NCBI GenBank assembly: GCA_035518875.1
Contig: DATIXD010000089.1
Location: 726 to 64,725 of the forward strand
Reading direction: 5' to 3'
DNA length: 64,000 nucleotides
From: Methylococcaceae bacterium
GTDB taxonomy: Bacteria; Pseudomonadota; Gammaproteobacteria; Methylococcales; Methylococcaceae
Shown: piece after piece, positions 1 through 8,601 of the stretch
Position numbering within the stretch: position 1 is the stretch's first letter
How the letters are laid out: each line of letters begins with the position of its first letter
The notes under the pieces: generated by a model
The model's database searches: none
What the model was told of the DNA's origin: nothing
The model's input: the letters and a program-made list of their open reading frames with translations, nothing else
Position numbers and translations under genes: made by a program

Positions 1-60
1 AGCCGCCCAGCATCAAGCTTGGCGGCGGTACATTCAGCGTCCTCAAATCGGTTAGGATTG

Positions 61-456
61 TTAGCGATTCTTCAACAGATCGCGGATTTCCATTAGCAAA
101 ACTTCCTGCGCGGGTGGTGGCGGGGGAGGCGCTGCCGCTTCTTTTCTCTTCAGGGCATTCATCACCTTTACGAGCATGAAAATCGCGAAGGCAACAATTA
201 GGAAATCCACCACAGTCTGTACAAAATTACCGTAGTTCAACGTGACCGCCGGAACACCTGCGGCCGCTTCCTTGAGGGTGAATTTCAGATCAGTGAAGTT
301 CACACCGCCGAGAACCAACCCGATGGGTGGCATGATGACGTCCGCCACCACTGAAGACACGATCTTGCCGAATGCGCCGCCGATGATGATACCGACCGCG
401 AGGTCGACCACATTGCCCTTCATTGCAAAGTCTTTGAATTCCTGCATCATGCCCAT
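61..456 (-). CDS. mscL: large-conductance mechanosensitive channel MscL
   Basis: ORF 61..495 trimmed to the ATG at 456. The product starts [35 protein letters not shown] and follows the E. coli MscL TM1 pattern. AAGGGGA sits 5 nt upstream. The C-terminus has the LLxEIRDLL helix. Confidence 0.92.
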   Translation of the reverse strand: MGMMQEFKDFAMKGNVVDLAVGIIIGGAFGKIVSSVVADVIMPPIGLVLGGVNFTDLKFTLKEAAAGVPAVTLNYGNFVQTVVDFLIVAFAIFMLVKVMNALKRKEAAAPPPPPPAQEVLLMEIRDLLKNR

Positions 457-575
457 GGCGTTCCCCTTTCTTAGTTTTTTAGGAGCACGAATCATAGCTT
501 ACCGCTTAATTGGCAGGCAACAGAATCGGGGCGGCGGAGCGGCCTCGCGGACTATGCCTCTTCCGACCGATGGGG

Positions 576-594
576 GATAATGCATATTGTCATC
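576..594. promoter_or_regulatory. putative Fur box (weaker) between divergent mscL and the 657..1487 gene
   Basis: GATAATGCATATTGTCATC matches the 19-bp Fur consensus GATAATGATAATCATTATC at 13 of 19 positions. It lies 62 nt upstream of the ATG at 657. Confidence 0.3.
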
Positions 595-656
595 GGATGA
601 TCGAATCCTTATCCGCTGACCAATCGTCAACCTGTTCGGCTTAAAAAATTTTCACC

Positions 657-1487
657 ATGAAAAACCGTATTATTTCATCCCTCGCCATCAGCGCCAGCCT
701 CCTACTCGTTCCGGCGGCAAAAGCCGACAGCGTCCTAGAATTTCTCGTCAAGGAAACCCGCGATCCAGCCGGCAAGACCCAGCCCGTTCTGGTCAAGGAC
801 GGCCAGATCATGGTCAAGGGCGCGGGCGGCGATGAGAATCTCGATTTCCTGTACAGCCGCGCTCAGGAGAGGCTGGTCATCATCGACCATCACAAGCGCA
901 CCTTCATGCCCGTGGACGAACAGCAGGTCAACCGGATCGCTCAACAGACGGAAGACGTTCAGCCCTTGTTGAAGGGACTTGGGGAACAAATCGGCAAACT
1001 GTCTCCCAAACAGCGCGATAAATGGGAACAGATGCTGGGGGGCAACATATCGCTGGATAAGATCGCTAAGGCGGCAGAGCCACAAAAACCCGGCAGCTTG
1101 GTAAAAACGGGGATGGGGAAAAACGTGGCCGGTATCGCCTGCCAGCAGATGAATCTGATTCAGGGTACGGCGCCCATGGCGGAAGTTTGTCTGGCCGACC
1201 CCGCCAGTATGAACATGTCCGGCGATGATTACGCCACCATCCGCTCACTGTTCAGTTTTTCGGAGCGGCTCGCCACTAAGACCCAGGGACTGGCCGGCCA
1301 GTTCGGCGTTAAGATCCCCAACATCGCCATCCGCGAGGTGGCGGGCATTCCCATCGAGCTGCGGGACTTGTCCGGCGAGGACTTGGGCAGTATGACTTTA
1401 AGCCGTATCCTGAGTACGGCGGTATCGCCCGAACGGATGCAAATTCCCAACGGTTATAGGGCGGAACAACTGACGCTCTGGAAATAA
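657..1487 (+). CDS. secreted protein of unknown function (cleavable signal peptide)
   Basis: The 276-aa ORF has an N-terminal signal peptide, MKNRIISSLAISASLLLVPAAKA|DS. The sequence is soluble-looking and I recognise no catalytic motif. It is convergent with the 1495..2040 gene. Confidence 0.6.
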   Translation: MKNRIISSLAISASLLLVPAAKADSVLEFLVKETRDPAGKTQPVLVKDGQIMVKGAGGDENLDFLYSRAQERLVIIDHHKRTFMPVDEQQVNRIAQQTEDVQPLLKGLGEQIGKLSPKQRDKWEQMLGGNISLDKIAKAAEPQKPGSLVKTGMGKNVAGIACQQMNLIQGTAPMAEVCLADPASMNMSGDDYATIRSLFSFSERLATKTQGLAGQFGVKIPNIAIREVAGIPIELRDLSGEDLGSMTLSRILSTAVSPERMQIPNGYRAEQLTLWK

Positions 1488-1494
1488 CGGGCGA

Positions 1495-2040
1495 TCAGCC
1501 GCGACTGCCTTCGCCGGCAGATGAGGGTACAGTGGCGTCCGCCTGGACGCGCTCCCGTTGCTCGTGGCGCTGGACGATCAGTGAAGCACCCACCAGAATC
1601 AGCAAGGCTGCCAGGCTGAATTCCAGGGTCAGAAACATCCCGATCTTGAACCAGGCAAATGCGGGGTGGACGAAGCGCACCAGCCAGCCGGCCGCTTCAT
1701 CCGCCACCGCGGATCCGAACGTCAACCCGGTCAGCCACACCTTGAAATTCATCGCCAGCGGCGTGAACAGCAGCAAGTGAGTTAGGGTCACCGCCAGCAT
1801 GCCCATCGCGAATAAATGGAAATGCGTCACCTCCAAAAGGCTCTGATAGCTCTTGGGGTGGGTGAAGCGTTCCTCCGAGCCCAGGTAATAGTCGACGACG
1901 GACTGGGGATCGAGCCCCATCTTGTGGAAATACATCATGCCGTTGCTGATCCAGAGTAAGGCGACGTAGGCGAGAAACATCAGAACGATGGTGTTGAGCA
2001 GAGTTTGCCGCCTTTGCTCTCCGGTCACGAAAAATCTCAT
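1495..2040 (-). CDS. integral membrane protein (about 4 TM helices with conserved-looking histidines), function unknown
   Basis: The 181-aa ORF has hydrophobic segments containing EVTHFHLFAMG, TLTHLLLF and RFVHPAF. Its ATG overlaps the stop of the upstream FMN-binding gene (ATGA at 2037..2040). Confidence 0.6.
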   Translation of the reverse strand: MRFFVTGEQRRQTLLNTIVLMFLAYVALLWISNGMMYFHKMGLDPQSVVDYYLGSEERFTHPKSYQSLLEVTHFHLFAMGMLAVTLTHLLLFTPLAMNFKVWLTGLTFGSAVADEAAGWLVRFVHPAFAWFKIGMFLTLEFSLAALLILVGASLIVQRHEQRERVQADATVPSSAGEGSRG

Positions 2041-2594
2041 CGGTTTATCTCCTCTTTGACAGCCAGACGATAAATGGCGAGCACCTTGCGGGCGCCGTCC
2101 ACGGCGGCGCGTGAGCTCAAGGTCGCCCCGCTGATGGCGTCCACACCCTGGTTAAGGCGTAAGTCTTCCAGGGGACGCCGGTATAATTTTTCAAACCATC
2201 TGGCGGGCGGTTGATATTCAGGCGGCTCGTGGAACGCGAGCATCTCGATGCGGCTCAGTTGCCCGTCCGGCGTCAACACGATCATCAAGGTTTCCGGCTG
2301 GGTGCGGACGTTATGCGACTCGATCGCTGCATAGCCCAATATCTCATCGCCCCGCTTGCCGACGTGAAAGGTGAACAGCTTCGACTCCAGTTTGACCTGG
2401 GCGACCTTTTCGACTTCCGCCGCCTGCTCGTCGGTGAGAAAAACCGGCAGGGATTCCACAGTGGCGCCCTGCCCGAACGCTAACTCAAAGGCTTCTTCCT
2501 TGCTGTAATAAACCGTAGCGAAGGTGCTATGCCAAACGGCCAACAAGCTCAGGAATAGGATTTTCCGGAATTTGATCTCGAACATAACGAACAT
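2037..2594 (-). CDS. exported FMN-binding domain protein (ApbE-type covalent flavinylation motif)
   Basis: The N-terminus has a signal or anchor sequence, FRKILFLSLLAVWHSTFA. The C-terminal GVDAISGATLSS fits the Dxx(S/T)GA(T/S) flavinylation motif of NqrC/RnfG-type FMN_bind domains. The start is ambiguous: TTG 2600, ATG 2594 or ATG 2585. Confidence 0.7.
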   Translation of the reverse strand: MFVMFEIKFRKILFLSLLAVWHSTFATVYYSKEEAFELAFGQGATVESLPVFLTDEQAAEVEKVAQVKLESKLFTFHVGKRGDEILGYAAIESHNVRTQPETLMIVLTPDGQLSRIEMLAFHEPPEYQPPARWFEKLYRRPLEDLRLNQGVDAISGATLSSRAAVDGARKVLAIYRLAVKEEINR

Positions 2595-2596
2595 TT

Positions 2597-2633
2597 CCAA
2601 ACAAACACGGCGAGGCCCAGCTTGGGCCCCGCC
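2597..2633 (-). terminator. intercistronic GC-rich hairpin plus T-rich tract between the porin and FMN-binding genes (partial terminator or mRNA stabiliser)
   Basis: The minus strand reads GGCGGGGCCCA-AGC-TGGGCCTCGCC. This forms an 11-bp stem with one G:U pair. It is followed by GTGTTTGTTTGG. Confidence 0.4.
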
Positions 2634-2664
2634 AAAACGATGACTTTCTGTTCTTTGAACACCG

Positions 2665-4155
2665 CTAGTAGATGAACCCCACCCCTAAGTTGAACTCGTC
2701 CGGCGGTTGACCGGCGGCAGAGTGGATATTACGGTAGTCCGCCTTGATCGCGATGTTCGGAATCGGCTTGTAGGTGAGGCCCGCCTGATAGATCCACTGG
2801 TCGTAGAAGCCCCGCGGCTGCAGGCTGGTGTCGAAGCCCTCAGGCACCGAGGCCAGGGTGTTGTAGTGTTCGTAGCGGACGAACGGCGCCAGGTATTGCG
2901 AACTGTCCTTCCAAAGCAAGGGCATCACGTCGTAAGCCGCTTCGGTGTACCAGCCGTAGTTCGAAGATCCTATGGTTTCGCCCTTGGCGGCACTTAGGAC
3001 GTCGGCGTTGCCGATATGGCCGTACGCCCCGAGTGCACGGAACTCCAGCCCCCGGTAGCGCCACTGGACATGCCCCTCGTAAAGCTGGGTGAAGGCAGCG
3101 ATCTTCTTGCCGAGGAAAAGCTGGTTCTGCCCGGCATCGCCCAGATAGGCGGATGCTCCGACCAGGAGGCCGGGCGCCGCGGACGGCACATAATCCACCC
3201 GTCCCGTGAATGCAAAATCCTCGGCGAGCGCTAGACTGCCCTCCTGTCTTCCTTCGGCAATCCCATCGCTCGCGAAACCCTCGGCATTCAGGCCGTTCAC
3301 TGCATACATCCGGTATTGCAAGCCCGGCAGGATTTCGCCGAACAAGCCGCCCCCTAATTCGCTCCAAGTCGTCGGAATAATGATCTGTTCCACGGCCGGA
3401 CGGTGGTTGCCGTGGAAGGTGACCGGTTCGTGGATTTCGTTGATCAAACCCATCGGCATCAGCATCAAGCCCGTACGGATGTTGGCTCTCTTGTCAAGAA
3501 AGAAATCCAGAGTGGAAAATTCCACCGATACTTCCCCTTTTTCTTCGTCGCCTTCTCCGCTGGAGGCGTGCTCCCATTCGAATTCGTTGTTCAGCACGAT
3601 CCAGTCATTGAACTTATAACCCGCATAGAGCACCCCGCGGACGAGATCGATTCGGTCTTTGGTGTCGCCGCTATAGTTGGTGTAAAACATTTCGCCGTAA
3701 CCGCCGATGGAAAGCCCACGGCTGACGCGGTAAACCTCGGAAGCCGCCGGTCCCAGGCCGTACTGGCTCTTGTATTCGCGCTTCTCGGGAATGAAGAGTT
3801 TCGTTTTCAGCTTCTCCACTTCCGAAGCCAGAATGTCAGTCTTACGTTCCACTTCGGTCTTGGCCGTCTTGGCTTTAGCAGTCGGCTGAGGCGTCTCGTT
3901 CGCCTGCGCATTTTGTTGCGGCGTTTTGGCCGCCTCCCGTTGGGCGCTCTGTTTGAGATCTTTCACTTCTTCCTGCAAGGCCTCGCTCTTTGCCGCCTTG
4001 GCCTTCAGAACCTCGATTTCTTTCTGCTGCTGCTGGATGATCTTCCACATCTCTTCCATCGTCGCCGGCATTTTTTCTACCGCCTGGACAACGGGATGAG
4101 CAGCCGTGGCCGTCGCTGCAAAACATAAAGAGGCCCATTTAGCGCCCGATTTCAT
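2665..4155 (-). CDS. outer-membrane porin-like beta-barrel protein with an N-terminal periplasmic coiled coil
   Basis: ORF trimmed to the ATG at 4155, with a GGGAG Shine-Dalgarno 5 nt upstream. Signal peptide MKSGAKWASLCFAATATAAHPVVQA. About 100 aa are rich in E/K/Q/A heptad-like sequence. The rest has alternating beta-strand-like sequence ending GVGFIY, a terminal aromatic typical of OMPs. Confidence 0.65.
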   Translation of the reverse strand: MKSGAKWASLCFAATATAAHPVVQAVEKMPATMEEMWKIIQQQQKEIEVLKAKAAKSEALQEEVKDLKQSAQREAAKTPQQNAQANETPQPTAKAKTAKTEVERKTDILASEVEKLKTKLFIPEKREYKSQYGLGPAASEVYRVSRGLSIGGYGEMFYTNYSGDTKDRIDLVRGVLYAGYKFNDWIVLNNEFEWEHASSGEGDEEKGEVSVEFSTLDFFLDKRANIRTGLMLMPMGLINEIHEPVTFHGNHRPAVEQIIIPTTWSELGGGLFGEILPGLQYRMYAVNGLNAEGFASDGIAEGRQEGSLALAEDFAFTGRVDYVPSAAPGLLVGASAYLGDAGQNQLFLGKKIAAFTQLYEGHVQWRYRGLEFRALGAYGHIGNADVLSAAKGETIGSSNYGWYTEAAYDVMPLLWKDSSQYLAPFVRYEHYNTLASVPEGFDTSLQPRGFYDQWIYQAGLTYKPIPNIAIKADYRNIHSAAGQPPDEFNLGVGFIY

Positions 4156-4192
4156 TTGCACTCCCATTACTCGTTATGAACGCACGGGAGAA

Positions 4193-4221
4193 ATTATACG
4201 CACAACTCTACCTAATGCAAA
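4193..4221 (-). promoter_or_regulatory. sigma70-type promoter of the porin operon
   Basis: On the minus strand the promoter reads TTTGCA (4/6), a 17-nt spacer, then TATAAT (6/6). The -10 lies at 4193..4198, 37 nt upstream of the ATG at 4155. Confidence 0.5.
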
Positions 4222-4229
4222 TCATTATC
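4211..4229. promoter_or_regulatory. Fur box overlapping the -35 of the porin-operon promoter
   Basis: CCTAATGCAAATCATTATC matches the Fur consensus GATAATGATAATCATTATC at 15 of 19 positions, or 14 of 19 read on the other strand. It is embedded in the inverted repeat GCAAAT-N7-ATTTGC. Confidence 0.55.
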
Positions 4230-4285
4230 ATTTGCTAGGTTTGGCGGTCGGGTCTAGTTTGGGGATTTGCGGGAATGGCTGGAAA

Positions 4286-5047
4286 TTAAGGATGCAACAG
4301 GCTTTGGACCCGGCGTAGATCGGCTTCCGTGTCGACACCAGCCTCGGGCGCTCGTTCCACGGGCAAAACGAGGATGCGCTCGCCGTTCCAGAGGATGCGA
4401 AGTTGCTCCAGCGATTCCACGGACTCCAGCGGTGACGCCGGCCAAGCGACATAACGGCGCAGAAAACCGGCGGAGTAGGCGTAAATCCCGATATGGCGGA
4501 GATAGGGAAAACCCTCGGGCAGGCCCTGATCGGTTGCGACGAAGGAATCCCGGTGCCAGGGAATCGGCGCCCGGCTGAAATAAAGCGCGTAGTCGTTCTT
4601 GTCGAGCACGACTTTCACGGCGTTTGGATTGAAAACTTCCGCCCTCTCCCTGATCGGGGCGGCCAGGGTAGCGACCTCAGCCCCGGCCTGCCCGGCCAGC
4701 ACCGCGGCGAGTCGGCGGATCAGCACCGGTTGCATCAAAGGCTCGTCACCTTGGAGGTTGACGATGATCTGCGAATCCGCCCAACCCAGGACTTCCGCGA
4801 CTTCGGCGATCCTTTCCGTGCCGCTGTTGTGCTCCGGTCGGGTCATCACCGCCCTCACGCCGATAAAGGCAACAGCGTCGCGGATGCGTTCGTCGTCGGT
4901 GGCGACCACCACCTCCCCCGCCCCGGCTTCCAAAGCCCTCTCGCAGACATGCGCGATCATCGGCTTGCCGGCAATCGGCAGCAGCGGCTTGCCCGGCAGA
5001 CGGCTCGCCCCGTAACGGGCCGGGATGACGATCTTAAAGGACTGCAT
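4286..5047 (-). CDS. kdsB: 3-deoxy-manno-octulosonate cytidylyltransferase (CMP-KDO synthetase)
   Basis: [34 protein letters not shown] is the hallmark KdsB N-terminus. The start was trimmed to the ATG at 5047. Confidence 0.92.
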   Translation of the reverse strand: MQSFKIVIPARYGASRLPGKPLLPIAGKPMIAHVCERALEAGAGEVVVATDDERIRDAVAFIGVRAVMTRPEHNSGTERIAEVAEVLGWADSQIIVNLQGDEPLMQPVLIRRLAAVLAGQAGAEVATLAAPIRERAEVFNPNAVKVVLDKNDYALYFSRAPIPWHRDSFVATDQGLPEGFPYLRHIGIYAYSAGFLRRYVAWPASPLESVESLEQLRILWNGERILVLPVERAPEAGVDTEADLRRVQSLLHP

Positions 5048-5264
5048 CGTCGCCGACCAGTCCTGCGGGGTGTTTTTTAGACAGCGCGTCATATTCCTCC
5101 AGACTGAGCCTGCGCGCCTCGGCCTCCAGCATCACCGGGATTTCGTCGCGGATCGGATAAGCCAACCGATCGGCCCGGCAAATCAGTTCCTGTTCCGCCT
5201 TTTTGTAAAGGAGATCGCCTTTGCACAGGGGACATACCAAAATATCAAGCAGCTTTTTGTCCAT
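5034..5264 (-). CDS. ycaR: Trm112/YcaR-family small zinc-ribbon-like protein
   Basis: [18 protein letters not shown]...[16 protein letters not shown] fits the family. It occupies the conserved position between lpxK and kdsB. Confidence 0.8.
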   Translation of the reverse strand: MDKKLLDILVCPLCKGDLLYKKAEQELICRADRLAYPIRDEIPVMLEAEARRLSLEEYDALSKKHPAGLVGDDAVL

Positions 5265-6255
5265 CGCATTTCGCCTTCAACAGATTTAACAGTTTCTCGC
5301 CGAATTCGGGCGGCAGGTGTGCGTCGACCGGCACGTACCAATGCCGCTCGCCCGCGATGCTCCGGCATTTGACCGCGTCTTTCTCGGTCATCAAGACTGG
5401 CGCATCGTCGCCGAAGCCGATATCCTCACGGCGGTAGGGATGGTGATCCGGGAACGCCGTCTCCTCGAATTCCAGATCCAGATCCCGAAGGTGGGCGAAA
5501 AAACGCTCCGGGTTGCCGATACCGGCGATGGCCCGCAGCTTCGCGCCGGCGAAATCGGCCAGCGGCTTTTTGAGAGTTTGATCCAAAAGGTTCACCGCAT
5601 GATCGCCCGCCAGGGTCATGCCGAACTCACCCGACTGTGGCCTTCCCTGACACACCACCAGATCCACCTCGCCCAAGCGTTCGAGCGGTTCCCGCAGCGG
5701 ACCTGCGGGCAGACACCGGCCATTACCGAAACGCCGCTCGCCGTCGATCACGGCGATTTCGACATCCCGGGCCAAGGCATAATGTTGCAGGCCGTCATCC
5801 GAGATCACAATATCGCAATCCGTCCGTTCCAAAAGGCTACGCCCGGCGACGGCACGCTCGGGGAAAACCATAACCGGACGACCGGTTCGGCGGGCGATCA
5901 GCAGGGGTTCGTCGCCGACTATGCGCGGATCGCTCTCCGATTCGACCGCCACCGGCCCCTGTAGCGTACTCCCTCCATACCCCCGACTGATAACGCCGGG
6001 CCGGTAACCGGCTTTCCGCAAAAACTCGACGAGCCAAACCACCAGGGGGGTTTTGCCCGTACCGCCCACGCTGAGATTGCCCACCACGATGACGGGGACC
6101 GTAAGGCGATCGGGCTGCTTGAACCCGAACCGATAAGCGGCCCGCCGAACCTTGACCGCTTGCAGAAACAGCGTCGAGAGCGGCCTCAGCAGAATGTTGG
6201 ACGCACTGCCTTCATACCATTGGTGTTGCAGCCAGACGGCCAGGGCCAGTTTCAT
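5245..6255 (-). CDS. lpxK: tetraacyldisaccharide 4'-kinase
   Basis: P-loop [14 protein letters not shown], with LpxK-like length and context. The start is either the ATG at 6255 or the TTG at 6279. Confidence 0.9.
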   Translation of the reverse strand: MKLALAVWLQHQWYEGSASNILLRPLSTLFLQAVKVRRAAYRFGFKQPDRLTVPVIVVGNLSVGGTGKTPLVVWLVEFLRKAGYRPGVISRGYGGSTLQGPVAVESESDPRIVGDEPLLIARRTGRPVMVFPERAVAGRSLLERTDCDIVISDDGLQHYALARDVEIAVIDGERRFGNGRCLPAGPLREPLERLGEVDLVVCQGRPQSGEFGMTLAGDHAVNLLDQTLKKPLADFAGAKLRAIAGIGNPERFFAHLRDLDLEFEETAFPDHHPYRREDIGFGDDAPVLMTEKDAVKCRSIAGERHWYVPVDAHLPPEFGEKLLNLLKAKCDGQKAA

Positions 6256-6275
6256 GCCCGTAGCGTGCCGCGCAC

Positions 6276-6698
6276 TCAAGGCTGCTGTTCCGGCGAAGAC
6301 TTGGCGGCGAAGGTGATATGCACAAAACCCAACTGACTCGCCGCGTCCAGGGCGCTCATTACGGCCTGGTGCGGGGTTTTCTGATCGGCGGCGATAATCA
6401 GCAACGGATCCTTGTTCTCGCCTGCCGCCTGCTGCAAGGCCTGTTTCAGCGTATCCACCCGGGTGTTGATCACCTGATGCTGATCGACCACATAACGTCC
6501 TTCCGCATCGATCACGACCTCCAGTCCCTTCTCTTCCGCCTGCTGCTGGGAACTGGCCTCGGGCAGAGAGACTTTCAACGCGGCTTCGCGGCTGAAAGTG
6601 GTGGTCAGCACCAGAAAAATCAGCAGCACGATCAACACGTCGATCATGGGAATGAGGTTCAGGTCGGGCTTGTTCTCCCGTTGCGGTCGGAAATTCAT
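6276..6698 (-). CDS. exbD: ExbD/TolR-family biopolymer transport protein
   Basis: DLNLIPMIDVLIVLLIFLVL is a single TM helix followed by a periplasmic domain. It is paired with an ExbB-like gene. Confidence 0.85.
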   Translation of the reverse strand: MNFRPQRENKPDLNLIPMIDVLIVLLIFLVLTTTFSREAALKVSLPEASSQQQAEEKGLEVVIDAEGRYVVDQHQVINTRVDTLKQALQQAAGENKDPLLIIAADQKTPHQAVMSALDAASQLGFVHITFAAKSSPEQQP

Positions 6699-6710
6699 GG
6701 CGGAGCTCTC

Positions 6711-7325
6711 TTATTCTTCGCGTTCGCCGTGCATCATCTCGATCAGGCGCAGCGCCTCTTCCTCCATGCGCACGGCCAACTCGTCCACCCGCCCCTGGAA
6801 ATAGCGGTGGAACATCAGGCTGGGGATCGCCACCGCCAGCCCGGATGCCGTGGCGATGAGGATTTCCGAAATGCCGCCGGCCAAGTGCGCGGGGTTGCTC
6901 AGCCCGGAAGCCATGGAGAAGGTGGAAAAGACCTTGATCATGCCCAACACGCTGCCGAGCAGGCCGAGATAGGGCGAGATCGATGCGATCGTACCGAGGG
7001 TATTCAAATACTTGCCGAGTTCATGCACCACCTGGCGGCCCGCCTGCTCGAGACTTTCCTTCATCACATCCCGCCCGTGTTTGTAATTCACGAGTCCCGC
7101 CGCGAGAATCGCCCCCAATGGCGAACTCACGCGCAACTGCCGGATATGCACGGCGTCCAGCTGGTTCTTGCGCTGTAATGCCCAGATCTGCGGCACCAGT
7201 TGGCGCGGCAGGATATTGCTGGTCCTCAGCGCCCAAAGGCGTTCGCCGATGATGGCCATTGCGACGATGGAACAGGCGATGATCGGCCACATGACCCAAC
7301 CGCCCGCCTTGATGACTTCAAGCAC
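6711..7325 (-). CDS. exbB: MotA/TolQ/ExbB-family proton channel
   Basis: Three TM segments with LGLLGSVLGMI and the typical C-terminal TM pair. GTG start with GGGGGA upstream. Confidence 0.85.
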   Translation of the reverse strand: MLEVIKAGGWVMWPIIACSIVAMAIIGERLWALRTSNILPRQLVPQIWALQRKNQLDAVHIRQLRVSSPLGAILAAGLVNYKHGRDVMKESLEQAGRQVVHELGKYLNTLGTIASISPYLGLLGSVLGMIKVFSTFSMASGLSNPAHLAGGISEILIATASGLAVAIPSLMFHRYFQGRVDELAVRMEEEALRLIEMMHGEREE

Positions 7326-7367
7326 GATTCATTCCCCCGAAAACCTAGCGATCTATTTCATTTTAAC

Positions 7368-8573
7368 TCAAGGCCGGCGCACGGAGACAGTTAGAATGCG
7401 AGCCCCCGTCCTCCGCTCCCCCGGTTGTTTATCCACCCAGCCCCAAACGATCAGCAACGCGAGCAAGCTGACCCCCGCCGCCGCGCTATAGATCCACACC
7501 GGACCTTGCGAATCCCACAAGGCCCCGCTGTAGTAACTCCCCAGCATGCCGCCGAGTCCGTAGCTGAGGCTGCTGTACAAGGCCTGTCCCTTGCCGTGAT
7601 GGGGCCCGGCAAAATATCGATGCACCAGATGGATCGCCGCCACATGAGAAGCGCCGAAAGTCGCGGCATGGAGAACCTGGGCGAACGCAACCAGGACCAG
7701 CTCTTGCACGAACCAGGCGATGATCAACCAGCGCAGGACGCCCAAGCCGATACTGACCAGCAGAATCCCCCTCAGACTGGAGCGCTGCAACAACCGATGC
7801 AGAAACACGAACAACACGATCTCGGCGAGCACGCCCAAGGCCCAGAGCTGACCGGTCGAACTGCTGTCGAAACCATTTGCCTTCAAGTAAATGGAAAAGA
7901 AGACATAGTAAGGCCCGTGCGCGATCTGGATCAGCATGAAGACCACCAAGAACGCGACCACCCGGGGCTGGCTGAGAATTTTCAGCAGGGACCCGTTGCC
8001 GTTCCCAACGACTCCGATGGAGCGCTCCGGAACCAGAAGGCTCGCCAAGCCCATACCGATGAACAGGATTAAGATCAGGATCGGCAGGCAATCGATCACG
8101 ACGAACGTATCCAGCGCCTTGCCCACGGCCAGCACGGCGACGATGAAGCCGATGGAGCCCCACAGGCGGACGCGGCTGTAACGGTGCGCATCCTGGCCCA
8201 GATGGACCAGCGTCACCGCCTCGAACAGCGGCAGGGGCGCGTTCCAGAAAAAGCCGAAGGCAAACGTAATCAGGGCCAGCCAACGGAAACCGGACAGCCA
8301 GAACACCATGCCGAACCCGACAACGGTCAGGCAGGAGGCCATCCGGATCAACGGCATGCCGCGTCCGCTGCGGTCTGCCAGCCAACCCCACAGATTGGGC
8401 GAGATGAGCTTGGTGCCCGCTAACAGGGCCATTAGCTGGCCGATCTGGGCGGGAGTATACCCTTCGGCCTGGAGATAAAGCGCCCAGTAAGGCAAGAACG
8501 CGCCCAAGGCAGAAAAATAAAAGAAATAAAACCCGGACAGCCGCCAATAAGGAAGCTTCCTCGCAACGGGCAT
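7368..8573 (-). CDS. MFS transporter (MFS_1_like / HcaT-type)
   Basis: 401 aa with a 12-TM hydrophobic pattern. WGWLADRSGRG is an MFS loop 2-3-like motif. Confidence 0.75.
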   Translation of the reverse strand: MPVARKLPYWRLSGFYFFYFSALGAFLPYWALYLQAEGYTPAQIGQLMALLAGTKLISPNLWGWLADRSGRGMPLIRMASCLTVVGFGMVFWLSGFRWLALITFAFGFFWNAPLPLFEAVTLVHLGQDAHRYSRVRLWGSIGFIVAVLAVGKALDTFVVIDCLPILILILFIGMGLASLLVPERSIGVVGNGNGSLLKILSQPRVVAFLVVFMLIQIAHGPYYVFFSIYLKANGFDSSSTGQLWALGVLAEIVLFVFLHRLLQRSSLRGILLVSIGLGVLRWLIIAWFVQELVLVAFAQVLHAATFGASHVAAIHLVHRYFAGPHHGKGQALYSSLSYGLGGMLGSYYSGALWDSQGPVWIYSAAAGVSLLALLIVWGWVDKQPGERRTGARILTVSVRRP

Positions 8574-8601
8574 GGCTAACGTGCGAACAAGGCGAGCGGC
8601 A

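Noticed and set aside
7326-7367. AT-rich stretch upstream of exbB (TTAAAATGAAATAGATCGCT on the minus strand), considered as a Fur box.
   Set aside because: Only about 9 of 19 positions match the Fur consensus in the best register. The exbB-exbD-lpxK-ycaR-kdsB arrangement is a conserved envelope-biogenesis cluster, not an iron-uptake cluster.
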